A DNA stretch of 64,000 nt from Amoebidium appalachense (taxonomy: Eukaryota; Protista; Ichthyosporea): assembly GCA_963693365.1 (NCBI GenBank), contig CAVNZM010000001.1, positions 8,324,907 through 8,388,906 on the forward strand. Reading direction: 5' to 3'. The notes under the pieces were generated by a model, which saw only the letters and a list, made by a program, of their open reading frames with translations, had not been told where the DNA came from and did not search any database. The translations under genes were made by a program, and so were the position numbers. Positions 13,721 through 26,761 of the stretch are shown here, piece after piece; position 1 is the first letter of the stretch; every line of letters begins with the position of its first letter.

Positions 13721-16700
13721 ATGGCCTTCGCTAACATTGCCACCGACGCCAGCCCGCTGGACGCCTACCTGGCGGACCGCAGCTACATTGAGGGGTACGC
13801 GATATCTATATTTTTAAAAAAATCTCAATTTTTTTTAAGGGGAAGTTTCAAGTTTTTGGCCTTTCATATAGCATACACCTATGAACCAGTCACCCTTTAC
13901 CCCCGTCCCCTGTCCTCCATTCTTCCCCACCTCCCCCCACCACCACGATTTTCTTCCCCCCCCCCCCCCCCCCCCCCACCACCACTTCTTCCTCCCTGCA
14001 CTACCACCCTTCTTCCTTTCCCCCCCTTTTTGTGTGCTGACCAGTGTGCAGGTACACTCCCTCTCAGGCCGACGCTGTTGTGTTTGCCGCTCTTGGCAAG
14101 GCCCCCGAGGCCAGGTTCGTCAACGCCCTTCGCTGGTACAACCACATTGCCTCGTACGGCAGCGAGGTGTCCAGGTATGCATACTTGTGCGCGTGTGCAT
14201 TTCGTGTGTGCGTGTGGGTGTGCGTGCGTGCCGTGTTGTGTGTGCTTATGTGTTTGGTCGTGTGCTTTTGTGTGCATTGATACTAGTGTTTCGCATCTCC
14301 GACTACGCTTCTGTTTGAGCAGGTGTGGCTGACCGGAGGTGGTATTGGTGAACGTGTTTAAATCTCCTTCAGATTCAGTTCATGAGTATACGATGTGGAC
14401 TTGCGTGTCAGCTGTGTCGTGACCGCATCTGTGTGGGAGGATGGGTGTGTGAGTGGTGGTGGGGGGAGGAGCGGGGGGGGGGAAAGATTTGTGGAAAAAG
14501 AAAGGCAGCTGTTGCAGATTGTAACGCCACAAGGTATCGTTAACAGTGTGGGTGACGGTGGTGGTAGTGTTTGTGAGCTGCATAACACTAGCCCTTTCCC
14601 TAACTCTTTATCGCTATTGCTTGTTTTCTTATCTATGTGGCCCCCAGCTTCCCCGGTGAGAAGAAGGACCTGAGCGCCTATGGCGCCGCCGTGAAGGCCG
14701 CCCCTGCCGCTGCCCCAGCTGCTGCTGAGGAGGAGGATGGTGAGTTTTTTTAGCAAAACGGGGGGGGGGGGGGGGGGGGGGGGGGGGGCTATGATGTCTT
14801 TGCTGTGAGACTTTTCCAGGAGGGTTATTGGGCACCAAGTGTGTGTACGTGGGAGTGTTAGAGGGGAAAAAGGGTTGTGGACTATGACTTGGAGGAATGA
14901 GGGCGGAAAAGTTTTTCTTACCAGCGGGGTGGCCTGGGGCACCGGCCAACGCTGAGTGAGAACTGTGCTGGGAGGGTGCATTTTGGAGGCTGTGGGCAAG
15001 GGGAAGGGAAGTAAGGCAGAGTGTTGGAGCCCAGGGCAATAGTTGTATCATTCTATATGAATGTGCACAGTGCAGGAAGAAGGGGGTTTTTTTAGAGGGA
15101 GGAGGGAGGGAAGAAGGGGAAATTTAGGCAAAGAAGTGAGAGGGTTGTAATAAGGGAGATGAGGAATTGAGTGCAAGATAGTGGCAGAGTGTTGGACTAC
15201 AGGGTAAAGGTTGTCTTATGCTGTATGAACGCACACTGCACAGGAAGAAGGAGGGTTTTTTTGGGGGGGGGGGGGGGGGGGGGAGGGGGTTAGTGTGGGA
15301 AGTGTGCGGGCTAGATTAGAGAGACTAGGAACCGGATTTTGGCGGTGGGTTCAATTCGTGGTATCTCCGTTTAATAATACGTACCGTATATCCTGGTACA
15401 GTTTGGTGGGCTCTTGGAGTGTTAAGTGCGCTACTACACGAGGGGTGGGGGTTTTTTTTTTTGGTGGGGGGGGGAGGGGGGGGGGGGGATTTGCATTTTC
15501 CAGCACCGAGTATTTTGTTGTGTGTGTGTAAGGGGGGGGTGAGGGAATGGAGTTTTCAGCCTTGTGTATAAGGGGAGGGGGGGGGGGGGGTGAAGGGGAA
15601 TGGAGTTCCCAGAACGATCACATGGAGTACAGGGTTGCACGTTTAAAAACACCCTGGGGTGCACAGAACGACATGCAAGCACCAACCAGCACACTACGCA
15701 ACACAGCAGATTTTTGGGGAACGAAGACAAATAGGGACGGTGGGTTAGAAGCACTCTGTTACCCTCACGGTGGGATGTTATTGAATACAAGCGGGATGGA
15801 GGGGGGCCATGGGAAACTGACGGCGAGTACGGGGTGGGGGGAGGGCACGGACGGGTGTCTTTTGGTAGGTGTGAAAGATGGTGGTGTGGGTGGGTGGGTG
15901 GGGGGGGGGGGGGGGGGGGGGGGGACATGGACGGGTGTGTGCGTGTGTGTGGGTGGGGGGGGGGGGAGAGAAAGGGAAGCACATTTGATTGACGGTGGTG
16001 ATGGTTGTGTTGCAGATGTGGACCTGTTCGGCAGCGATGAGGAGGAGGACGAGGAGAAGGAGAAGATCAAGGCCCAGCGCCTGGCTGAGTACGCCGCCAA
16101 GAAGTCTGTCAGTACGTGCCCCCCTCCCCTCCCCTCCCCTCCCCCGGTCGCTGCACGGCACCCTCTTTACGCTTTTGCACATATTTTTCCCATTGATTGA
16201 TTAGGAGTCGGAGTTGGACCTGTATTTGCTAGTATTGCCATGCACGGTGACCGCTCTTGCTTTCTTTCCTTGTTGAATTCTTCTCTCATTTGTACTCGTG
16301 GGTTTATATGTAACTCTGCTTGGTACAACCCCATGTGGAGGTGTAGATTTGGTCTGTTGTGGGAGAGGACGACGGTCGGAGGAGGATGGGGGTAGGGGGG
16401 GGAAGATTAGAGTTGGGAATGTGTGAAGGTGGGATAGGGATATTGCTGGACGCCTGACGCGGTAGACTAGTTTATGATTGATAGCTTCACTATTGGTTTT
16501 GTTTTGGTTTCAGACTCCCCCATCCCCGCCCCTCTCTTTGTGTCGCAGGGAACCTGCTTCCTTATGTATTCTCTGCATGCACCGTTCTTCGTCGTGCGTT
16601 GGACTTCGTACTGTGCACCACATCCCCCCCCCCCCCCCCCCCCCCCCTCCCCCCCCCCCCAAGAAAACAAACAAGAAGGGAAGGAAGGGGAAAGTTAAAA

Positions 16701-17080
16701 GAGCAAGAGGAAATGGAGACTACCAACCATCAACACGTGCATAAACCTCGCCGCCCTTCCATTCTTGCTGCTTACCCACACCCACCACCTCCTTTGCAGA
16801 GCCCGGTGTGATTGCCAAGTCGCAGATCATCATTGACGTCAAGCCATGGGACGATGAGACCCCCATGGACAAGCTCGAGGAGTGTGTGCGCTCTGTTGAG
16901 TGCGAGGGTCTCCTGTGGGGCACTTCCAAGCTTGTGGAGATCGGTTACGGCATCAAGAAGCTGCAGATTACCTGTGTGGTGGAGGATGACAAGTGCGGCA
17001 CTGATTACCTTGAGGAGCACATTACCGCCTTCGAGGATTACGTGCAGAGCATGGACGTTGTTGCGTTCAACAAGCTCTAA
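13721..17080 (+). CDS. EEF1B: Translation elongation factor 1-beta (eEF1B), 5 exons (~13721-13794, 14052-14174, 14649-14739, 16016-16111, 16800-17080)
   Basis: Motifs [81 protein letters not shown]. Confidence 0.97.
16551..16623 (+). mobile_element. Short diverged 3'-end copy of the poly-C-inserting element
   Basis: ctgca..cgtcgtg..gacttcgtactgtgcaccacat followed directly by a C-run. Confidence 0.65.
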
Positions 17081-18299
17081 ATATAGAATGTTGTGGTAAT
17101 GGACGCGCCCTGGTGGCGTGGTCGACTGCAGCTGTACAGTGCTAGTATACCGAATTCGGTCTCCGACTGAGATGTTGTGTGGTGGGTGCTTGTGTGACTG
17201 TCTTATGTATTCACGCCGGGGGGGGGTGTCTTCAATGGGTGATGGAAGAAAGTTTGTTGTTGTGCCAGTCAGTCTCATCGATTTCGATGTGCAAGAACTA
17301 TCTTGCCCACTCAGCCTGCAGCTGTCACATGCATGCGCAGTCGCCGTGCTATTATGTACACTGTGCGCATTACAAACCGACTGCATTGGCATAGCTTGAA
17401 CCCACTGCACTACGAATATGGGGTGTTGGAAAATTTACCTTGTGCACAACAGTGCCTGGTGTTTTGCCACAGTGCACGTGTGACCGGATATGCGAGGCAA
17501 CAAGACCTACATGCCACACATGTGGGTTCTGCGTGCACGTGTAGACGTACACGTGCACAAGGCTTTGGCTGCGTGTGCCAATTGTCACCTTCAAACATGA
17601 GAATTCCGCCTCAGTTTAGGCCCTGCCGGCTCCCGCCCGGATGCGCGTGTACGTGCCGGTGGAATGACACCACGGTGCGTTCCGGACCAATCAATCATCT
17701 ACAGCGCCATGTTTGGAAATTTTGGAGCCCCGCCCCGCCCCCTACCTCTGCGCTCAAGGTCCACAACCGTCAGTTGTAATCTTCGCTAGCTTAGCAACTA
17801 TAAGGGCACGTACGTGTTACGTACGCGGAGTAAAAGAGATAAAGGCCTTGAAGCTATACACACGTTTTCCTTCTCTTATTACAAGAAAGTATACACACAT
17901 ATTCTATATCACACCGAGAAGTTGCATCTTCTCTCTGCCCATCAACCCGGGAATTTTTGTCCATCCAACTAGCTAGCCAGGCAGGAAATCGCAGTGGCAA
18001 AAGCAGGGGCATCCTCCCGGCCTGTGGCCAGCTAACAAGCAAGCAACCCTCCGTCCGCTTGACACACACGCACCGTGCATGTGCCATTTCTATGGTCACA
18101 ACCCCACAGACCTTTCTTTCTCTCCTCACACGGTTTCCAGTAGGATCACCGGCATACAACCGAGGAATCAACGACTCACCTTACGTTCAACCCCGTGAGT
18201 GATGAGTGAGTGGTAACCGCTTAACCATAAAGCCGCGCACGTGACCTCACACACACAAAACACCCATCTTCATCTCTCATCCCTCTGCACAGCATCAGC

Positions 18300-19625
18300 A
18301 TGCAGGCGGGCGACGAGGATGCCGTTGCTGAGTCTCGGCGGGTGAGCCGGGTTAGCGACGGCCAACTGGTCTATGCCGCCCGACCAGGCCCAGTTTTGGA
18401 CCTCTCCGACTCCAGCACCATGCAGCAACTCACAGAATTCTGCCCTGATGTTGCACGTCTTCCCGGTTCTGTCGTTTTGGTGCACAGCTTCGAACTGGAT
18501 GGGCAGATTGCTTATGCGCTGGGCACGGAGTTGGTGGGGGGCACACTGTGGTTGGTGCAGAGGCCGTACCCTACGGCACAGAGGGGCGTGTGCAGATTGA
18601 TAAGCCAGCACTTACGGAGACAGGTATGAACATGCACATATAACACAAAACATGTACGCTCGTATGCACACGCTCACACACACATGCAGTGTCAAGCATC
18701 TTGCCCCGTCGCACGATTACGCATGCGCACACACGCTCAAACCCCCCCCCCCCCCCCCCCCCCCCCCTCCCCCTCCCTCCCCCTCCTTCCCCTCCCCCCC
18801 CCCCCCCCCCCCCCCCCCCCCTTCCTCGCCCTGCACCGCCATTCTTCTCTCCGTTCGCACGCACGCACACACATATGCACAGTGTCATGCAGCTCGTTAC
18901 GTACGAACAAACATACACAACCGCACAACTCCCCCACCTCTTCAGCCCGCTTCTCACTCTGCACCCCATCATCTACCCTTATGACCCCCCCCCCCCCCCC
19001 CCCCCCCCCCTTATCCCCTCCTCGTCCCCTGCCCTCTACCTCTGTTCCCCCCTCCCTCCCTCCATCTCTTCCCACCCCCCCCCTCCCACCCGTTCCCCTA
19101 CCTCCCTACCCCCTCCCCCCCAAGCTAGCCTCCCTCTCTTCCCACTCCCTGCTGCCATCCCCTCCTCCCCTCCCCAACCCCTCCTTCCTGGCTGTGTCGA
19201 TCACCCTGCCTGTCTGCCAAACATTCAGCAACGCCATTGTCCACATGTACGACATTTTTCGTCGCCATCGCCGCATTCATCATGCCCGTAGCCTTCCTCT
19301 GCCACTAAAAAAATAGATATAGAGTGTTTGTCACCACTAATATCACTGTCTACCCCACCAGGGACTTGAGGATGCGGCACTATTTCTAGCCACATGCCCA
19401 AACCTGCGACTGGCACTGCCGGGCCGCCTGCTTTTCGTGCTGCAACGGGCCGGGTCGGGTCAGGTCGGCTTTGTGTTGGGAAGCCAGTCAGGGGTGTGGT
19501 ACAGCCTAAGGGTGGTGAGACCCGGGGGGGAGGATGGGGTGCTTGTAGCCAGCAAGGTGGGGCAGTATGAGAGAGAGCATGCATTGTGGGTGGCGGCACA
19601 GAGAATAGTGGCACAGCAACAATGA
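18300..19625 (+). CDS. Hypothetical ~196-aa protein, two exons (18300-18622, ~19361-19625), internally duplicated domain
   Basis: Two non-repetitive reading frames joined by a cag|gtatga donor and a ccaccag acceptor; stop at 19623-19625. No family recognised. Confidence 0.65.
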
Positions 19626-20173
19626 TGAGGTGGGGGGATGGGGGGTAGGGAGGGAGAGGGGGGGGGGGGGGGGGGGGAGGGATATATGCGTGTTTGAGGC
19701 AACACAGAAGCATAAGCATAGTGCTTGCGCATACACGCAAAGTGCAAACACATACACGTGTCCACGAAGGCATACGCACAGCGGCGCACACACGGAGAGA
19801 AATAGGGGACCAGGGACCTGCAGACATAGACACACCCATACACATATACCACACACAAACACAGACACACACATAAACACAGTGTGCACCCACACACACA
19901 CTTTCCTCATGACATACACAGAGGCAAGAGCCCATGTTGAAGTCAACTCTTCTGCATTCATACATCCAGTACGTATGTTCTAAGTCCAATATATGGGCCA
20001 CCGGTCCATTTTTAAGGTTTCATGCTTGGAATACTTGCTGGGCTATGCGTAAAAAGGAACTGGTTCCTGATGATATGATGTCTCGTTTTCTGACAAGAAC
20101 TGTATCTGCTGTGTATCCATCGCACCTATCCCCTCATTCATGCAAAGATATACATACACAAGCACCAAACCAG

Positions 20174-20211
<38 letters not shown>

Positions 20212-20338
20212 CGCTTAAAATCCATAGCACCCATCCCATCATTCATGCAAAGACCTACACATGCACAACCTCCCCCCCCCCCCCCCTCCCCCTATGTACC
20301 CAACATGGTGCAACCAATCAACATGCGGTACACCCGTG

Positions 20339-20673
20339 CTACCTGCCACTGGTGTCAGCAAGCTCTCTTGCCTTCTTCATGCGCCACTCACACGTGTCTA
20401 CAAATGTGCAGTGGCTGCACTTCCACGTCTCAGTTATCTCCACCCCACGTGCCTGCGTATGCCCTGTACACACTCTCTGTTAGCGGCGCACAGAGACATT
20501 ATTATACGTTAACATAATGCCGTTACACGAACGTGCAACTACACAAAACAAACACACAAGCGCACACATCAACACCCACACCCATGCATACATTCGCGTA
20601 CATACCCATCCATACATCCACACACAGACATAAACACACACACGCACATCCATCCACACACACACAACACATG

Positions 20674-20754
<81 letters not shown>

Positions 20755-20873
20755 ACCCATCCAGTACTGCATGCAGTACTGTATATAGTAGCAGCCAACC
20801 AGTCTGCATCGTACTCTACCGCACACACACATACAAAAACACAAACACACACACACACACACACACAGACGAC

Positions 20874-20916
<43 letters not shown>

Positions 20917-21320
20917 TCCCCGCCCCCCCCCCCCCCCCCTCCCCCCCCCCCCCCCCCCAACACACACCCACACACGCACACGCACACACACGTACCCATC
21001 CAGTACTGCATGCAGTGGTCTATAGTCACAGCCAACCAGTCTGCATCGTATTCCACCGCACACACTCCCAGGCTACTGCCGTCCCCTTGATACTCGTAGC
21101 TGACACTTAGACCACCCACCTGCCTCACCACATTCAGGACTAAAACAACATACTGGTGCTTCTAGCCCCACCCCATCAGCACAAAAAAAATAAAGAAAGA
21201 AAAAAAAACGACCAGCTGCCGTGCAAGGCTGATCCCGAAGATCCGTCATCCACTGTGCATGCACAAAAACATATAGATGAAGTACAGGAGAAAGGACGCA
21301 GGTGCCATGCGGGTCCCTGC

Positions 21321-21372
<52 letters not shown>

Positions 21373-21458
21373 AAAAAAAAAAAAAAAGAAAAACCCTCTC
21401 CCTGTGTGCAACACATGCACAGTCACGAACAGACACGGACAGAGGAACACAAGTTCAT

Positions 21459-21500
<42 letters not shown>

Positions 21501-21934
21501 CACCCCCCTCCCCCCGCCACTTACACGTACACATCACCCGTACACACACACCTCCGGTAGTTGTGCCATTGCATTCAGCAGTGCGCCAGCCAAATCCCTT
21601 AGTGCCGTAGGGCTAGGGGGCAGTGGCTGTAACGTCTGTAGGTGGGTGGCAAGGGCAGAACCAAAGCATCTATCCAGATCCAAACCGTGCCAGGCAAGAA
21701 ACCCGCACAGGTCAAAACGACCTCCCCGCATGCCGTCAAACATGGCCTGTGCCCCCACACCACATATATTTAGTTGTTATTTCCTACCCAGTCCCACACC
21801 ACATAGATTCAACTATTATGTTCCATTCCTATATGTTGGGCGCCATACCACCACCACGTTCGTCATAATCACCCACCAACACCATCGATGATATTTTGGT
21901 GTAACCACACTCCACACCTTGCACTGGTATTACT

Positions 21935-21975
<41 letters not shown>

Positions 21976-22345
21976 CTCTCTCCACCCTCATTTACCCCCC
22001 CCCCCCCCCCCCCCCTCTTTCCCAGCAGTCCTTATGACACACATACGCATGCACGCACCCACACACCCACACACGTATGCACGCACCACGCACACGCTCA
22101 AACACACACACACACACACACATGCACACATCCCCACCTTGTATTGGCATAGCTGCAGCCGGGTGGTGAGTGTCTGGGCAGGGCCAGGGAGGCTGCGGGT
22201 GGCACGTGTTTTTGTGTCGGACAGCACAAGCACACCCTGGTTAACAAATAGCAGTTAGTATCCATATTAGGCAGTGGCAACCATATTAGGCAGAGAAAAG
22301 CCACTGATGTGGGGGACAGGGGAAGAGGGTGCAAGCGGTAGGTCA

Positions 22346-22400
<55 letters not shown>

Positions 22401-24611
22401 TCTTTGGGGGGAGGGGGGGATTGTGGCGGAGGGGCGGGGCCGGGGGGGGGGGGGGGGGGGGGGGGGGGGTACGGGTTGTAGTGGTGGTGGTGTTTGGGTT
22501 GGGGGGCCGGGGGATACGCCCAAAAATACACCTATGCCCCTGCACCCTTTAAAGTCTCCCTAAAACGAGTTAAGGCCATTTAACAGATCCACACCTCGGC
22601 CATGTCTGTAAGTTCATATACCAAAACGTACAGAAGAACCTCTAAACCACTGTAACACACGGAGGGAACATGGCACACACACACCTCCTTGTAGGTCAAC
22701 TCATCTGCTATGCCTGACACGTACACCCCGTCGCCCATGCACCCCCACACGGGGAGCTCCCTTGTGCGCCCTGTCAGAAGCAGTTCAAACACACACCCCA
22801 ACGCCTTGGCTAGCTTAACACCTGGGGGAAAAAAGGAAAAAGAAAAGAAAAGAAAAGGAAAGGAAAAAAAAAAAAAAAAAAAGAGAGAGAAAGAGATAAA
22901 TACAAAGAATGAAAACGAGTGAGTGCTAGCACGGATGCCAGTCCATGTTTGCCGGTACTGCAGAAAGAAGGTACATGAAGGTGCCAACTACGGTTTGTTT
23001 CAATCGAATTTTAGACGAGGAAGTTGCGAGCACATCTGGCGCCTGCAGGCACACGCACCAGTACCCACGCACACATGCAAGCACATATAGGCGATCAAGG
23101 GTGTGCACGGACAGACACCCACAACCACAGACACGCACGCACACACACACACGCACGCACACACACACACACACGCACGCACACACACACACACACACAC
23201 ACACAAGTGGGTGTGTCCGCTCACATACCCACACACACGGAGAGAGTGAGAGAGAGAGGGGGGGGGGGGGGGGGGGGGAGAAGGGGGGGGGAGAGGGAGA
23301 CACAACCACACACACAAGCACACACCCCACACGTCCTCTCTTGTGACTGTCTCTATCTCCACTATCTCGTGCACCTCTGCCTCCAGCTGCTGGTGTCGTG
23401 CCGTCCCCTGCGCCCTGACACCTACCCTTAAGATCTCACCCCCTGCACCTTAAGAAAAAAAAAGTAGCTATGTGTGCCAACATGCATCTATGTAACCGCA
23501 CTACGATGGCATTTGCCCAGAACTTGGCTGTGTGCATGTTCGTGTCTGACTGTGTGCATGTTCGTCTGACATGGAATGTGAAAATAGTAAAAAGGGAAAC
23601 ACGATTTGTGGAGAAAAGCACCAAGGAGGCTAGCCCCCCTCCCCCCTCACCACCGCCGCCGCTGCCGCCACCACCGCCACCACCACCACCACCAACGCTC
23701 ACCCATCCCAGCTCTCCCCCCCCTCCCCCGCCAACCACCCCCCCCCCCCCCCCTCCCCCCTCCCCCCCCCCCCCCCCCCCCCCCCCCCTCCTCCCCCCTC
23801 TTGCCCTTTCCCCAAAACAAGTGCAAAAGGTACTAAATCCACACGGTCACACGTTTTTCAATTGCACCTTGCGTATAAATCACCGCAAAAAACAAATGGC
23901 CTAACCAACACACGAGCGCAACACACGCGCATATGCAGGTGCAAAGTAAATAGGATACTAACACGCACATGCAGCTCCTTGCTTGCCCACAAGCAGGCGC
24001 GCACACACACAAGAACAAGCACACGCACGTACATAGCCTTCGTCTCGACGACCAGGGTAGGGTGCTCCAGACTGTACTGAAGCTGCTGTTCGCACCACAA
24101 CTGCGCCGCAAAATCCGTAACCTGTACAGATGTTAGCACTCCATAACTTCAGCCCTCACCAACCCCCTCCTCCCTCCCAAGCCTTCCCTGCCTCACCCCC
24201 CCCAACCCCCCGCCCGCTCCCCCGCCCACCCACCCATCCAACCACCCACCCACCCACCCGCCCAACCATCCCAACCCACCCCCCCCTTCCCCCTTCCTCC
24301 AGCCTTCCTTCCCCCCTATCTCTACCATCTGTCGTGCACAGATGTAGGAGAGCATGTGTGGGCAGCATGTGTGGGCAGTGCGGTCGCCTATGTGTGCCAC
24401 ACAGGCACGTGCGCACAGCACAGCGGGTACGCACCTTCAGGCCACGCCTTCTCAGGCGTTGCAGCGGGGGCACAAGCGCGTGCTGTGCGTGTGTGTGCGT
24501 GTCCTCGATATCCGGCAGGGGAGGGGGCCAGCACTCTGCAGCCTGCATATGCACCTCGAGCAGTGCATATTCGTCATCACTCACTAGCTCCACCTCCACG
24601 TCGCCCTCCAT
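20339..24611 (-). CDS. EXO5: Exonuclease V (EXO5/DEM1, Fe-S PD-(D/E)xK nuclease), 8 exons
   Basis: Motifs [62 protein letters not shown], and [19 protein letters not shown] (Fe-S cysteines). Stop at 20339. Confidence 0.92.
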
Positions 24612-24936
24612 GCCGCAAAAGACCACACGCACACGCAGTACATATATGCCTAAAGAAAAAGGTTTTTTCCCTGGCGAATTCGTCAGTACTGTAATGGGGT
24701 GCTGGTTGCCAGTGAGGCGGAGCGCCTGTCAGGCTCAGTTCGCTGCTGTCATCATTCGTTTTCGCGCCAAAAAGTGCGTGTTGGGCCAATCAAATAGAGG
24801 GTCGTTAGACAAGTGGTTCAAGACGTCATGGAACCACCTTCACCTCACGGTTACTGAAGTAATATTTATGTACTTGTAATCATTCCTTTTTTCGAGTCCC
24901 CGAGTTGTACAAACGAGATTTCCTCTTCAGAGATTA

Positions 24937-24967
<31 letters not shown>

Positions 24968-25960
24968 GTACACACACCACCCCTGCCTCCTCCTCTTCCC
25001 ACCCCACGTGCACATTACACAACACAAAAGAATTGGTACATGTCCGGGCCCAGACCCGCAGGCTGCCGCAGCCCGCTCACACCACCCACCCACCGGCCCA
25101 CAAACCCACCCATCCACCCACCGGTACCCACAATATCAATATGCACACTGATATATATCCGGCCCGATGCCTCTTTCCTTCTTTTTTTGCATTCTGTCGT
25201 CCCCAAGCTTGTATCAATACGTATTGGTTATTCAAATGTTACACCACAATTGACTTGTTCTTACCCTCACCTTATAATTAATTAGAAGTCTAGATAGACT
25301 TTGGTGCTGTCATAACAAAAAGTCTGATATGAATTCGGGAAAGTTTGCTTACATACAGGCATAGGCATATCAAGCACTAGAATTGGGCGCCCTCGAACAT
25401 ACATCAGGCGCAGGCCAGTCATTATGGTATCCACACCACGTCCAAGACTGAAAAGACAATCGAATTTGCACCCAAAAAAAAACTAAAAAAAACAAAAAAA
25501 AAACTCACAAAGCTAAGTGTTACTGCACCCGTTAGAAAGCCACCCAAAACCAATCACAGTTTCAGTATCTAATATCAAATGTATATGCGCACACAAAAAA
25601 AACTATACTAACACTTTCAATGTAACCATGGCATTGCAAACAACAGCAAATAAAAAGCGCCAGTTTATTAATACTAGAGGAGCACACACAAACAAAAAAA
25701 AATATCGCACAGTTCTGGACGGACATTTAGACTACTGCAGCAGTCGTGACCTTCCACGCACAGTTAGCACATTCGCTAGAACACCCCTGATCTACTCTTA
25801 AATTGACTAGACTAAGCATGCCTTTGGGCTATATATATTATACCACTCCCATCTACTTCTTGCATAGTATACGTATATGTACACACATAGCCACCCCTGC
25901 CACTACAACTGAATCAGAAAACGTTGTTCCACTCACGCACGCTTCCTATTGGCTGTAAAC

Positions 25961-26727
25961 TCAACCAATAGCAGGCCAGGGTACATCCGGAACCAACATC
26001 CGCCCCTCCTCCTCCTCCTTTCTCCCTTGCAAGGTTAAAACCAGCGTCTGCACATGGGGAGGCTGCCTGGGATCCACCAAAACCTCCAAAACCGGTGCTA
26101 GTTCAGTGTCTTCGTAGGGAGCGAAGTGCGGTTTTAGCACTACCAAAAGGGTTAAAGGCCCATACATCTGCTGAAACATCACAGGTGAAATCGGTGAATT
26201 GAAAAAAGTTTTCCCCATCTGTTTCACCGTGTTTACCGCGGATCTCGCGGCTTGATTGATCGCGTTAGCGGGTGGTGGGCGGGTGGCGATAAGTGTCGTT
26301 AGTGCCTTGCTCAATAGCTGTATCCATGCAAGGGTGTGTCGGTGTTGGTTGGGTGCTTCTGCCTCGAAAAGTAGGTTGCTTGGTTGGGGGAGAACGGAGG
26401 CGGACGGAGGACACAATGTGTTTGTTATGTAGGTGAAGACGGTGTCTGGGCCCATTTGTGGGGACATTTGGACTAGGTGAGCCACACAGGCCCAAAGGGC
26501 ATGCACCTCCTGTTCGATGGGTACGGTGGTGTACCCGGCACTGCAGCGGTAAAAAACATAAGTGTCAAAAACCTGGTGCATGAAACTGATTATTATACAT
26601 CCTGCATTCATCATGCGCATGGCTATGAACAAACCCTCCACATCCCCCCCCCCCCCCCCCCCCTCCCCCCCCCCTCCCACCAAAAAAAAAAAAAAAAGTA
26701 TCACCCACTCACCTATCCCCCTCTTAT

Positions 26728-26761
<34 letters not shown>

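Noticed and set aside
26590-26645. Possible antisense-oriented element copy in THADA (tcctgca..tgcgcatggct..cacat plus C-run)
   Set aside because: It lacks the diagnostic CTTCGTACT core and the similarity is too weak. If real, it would be the one exception to the sense-orientation rule.
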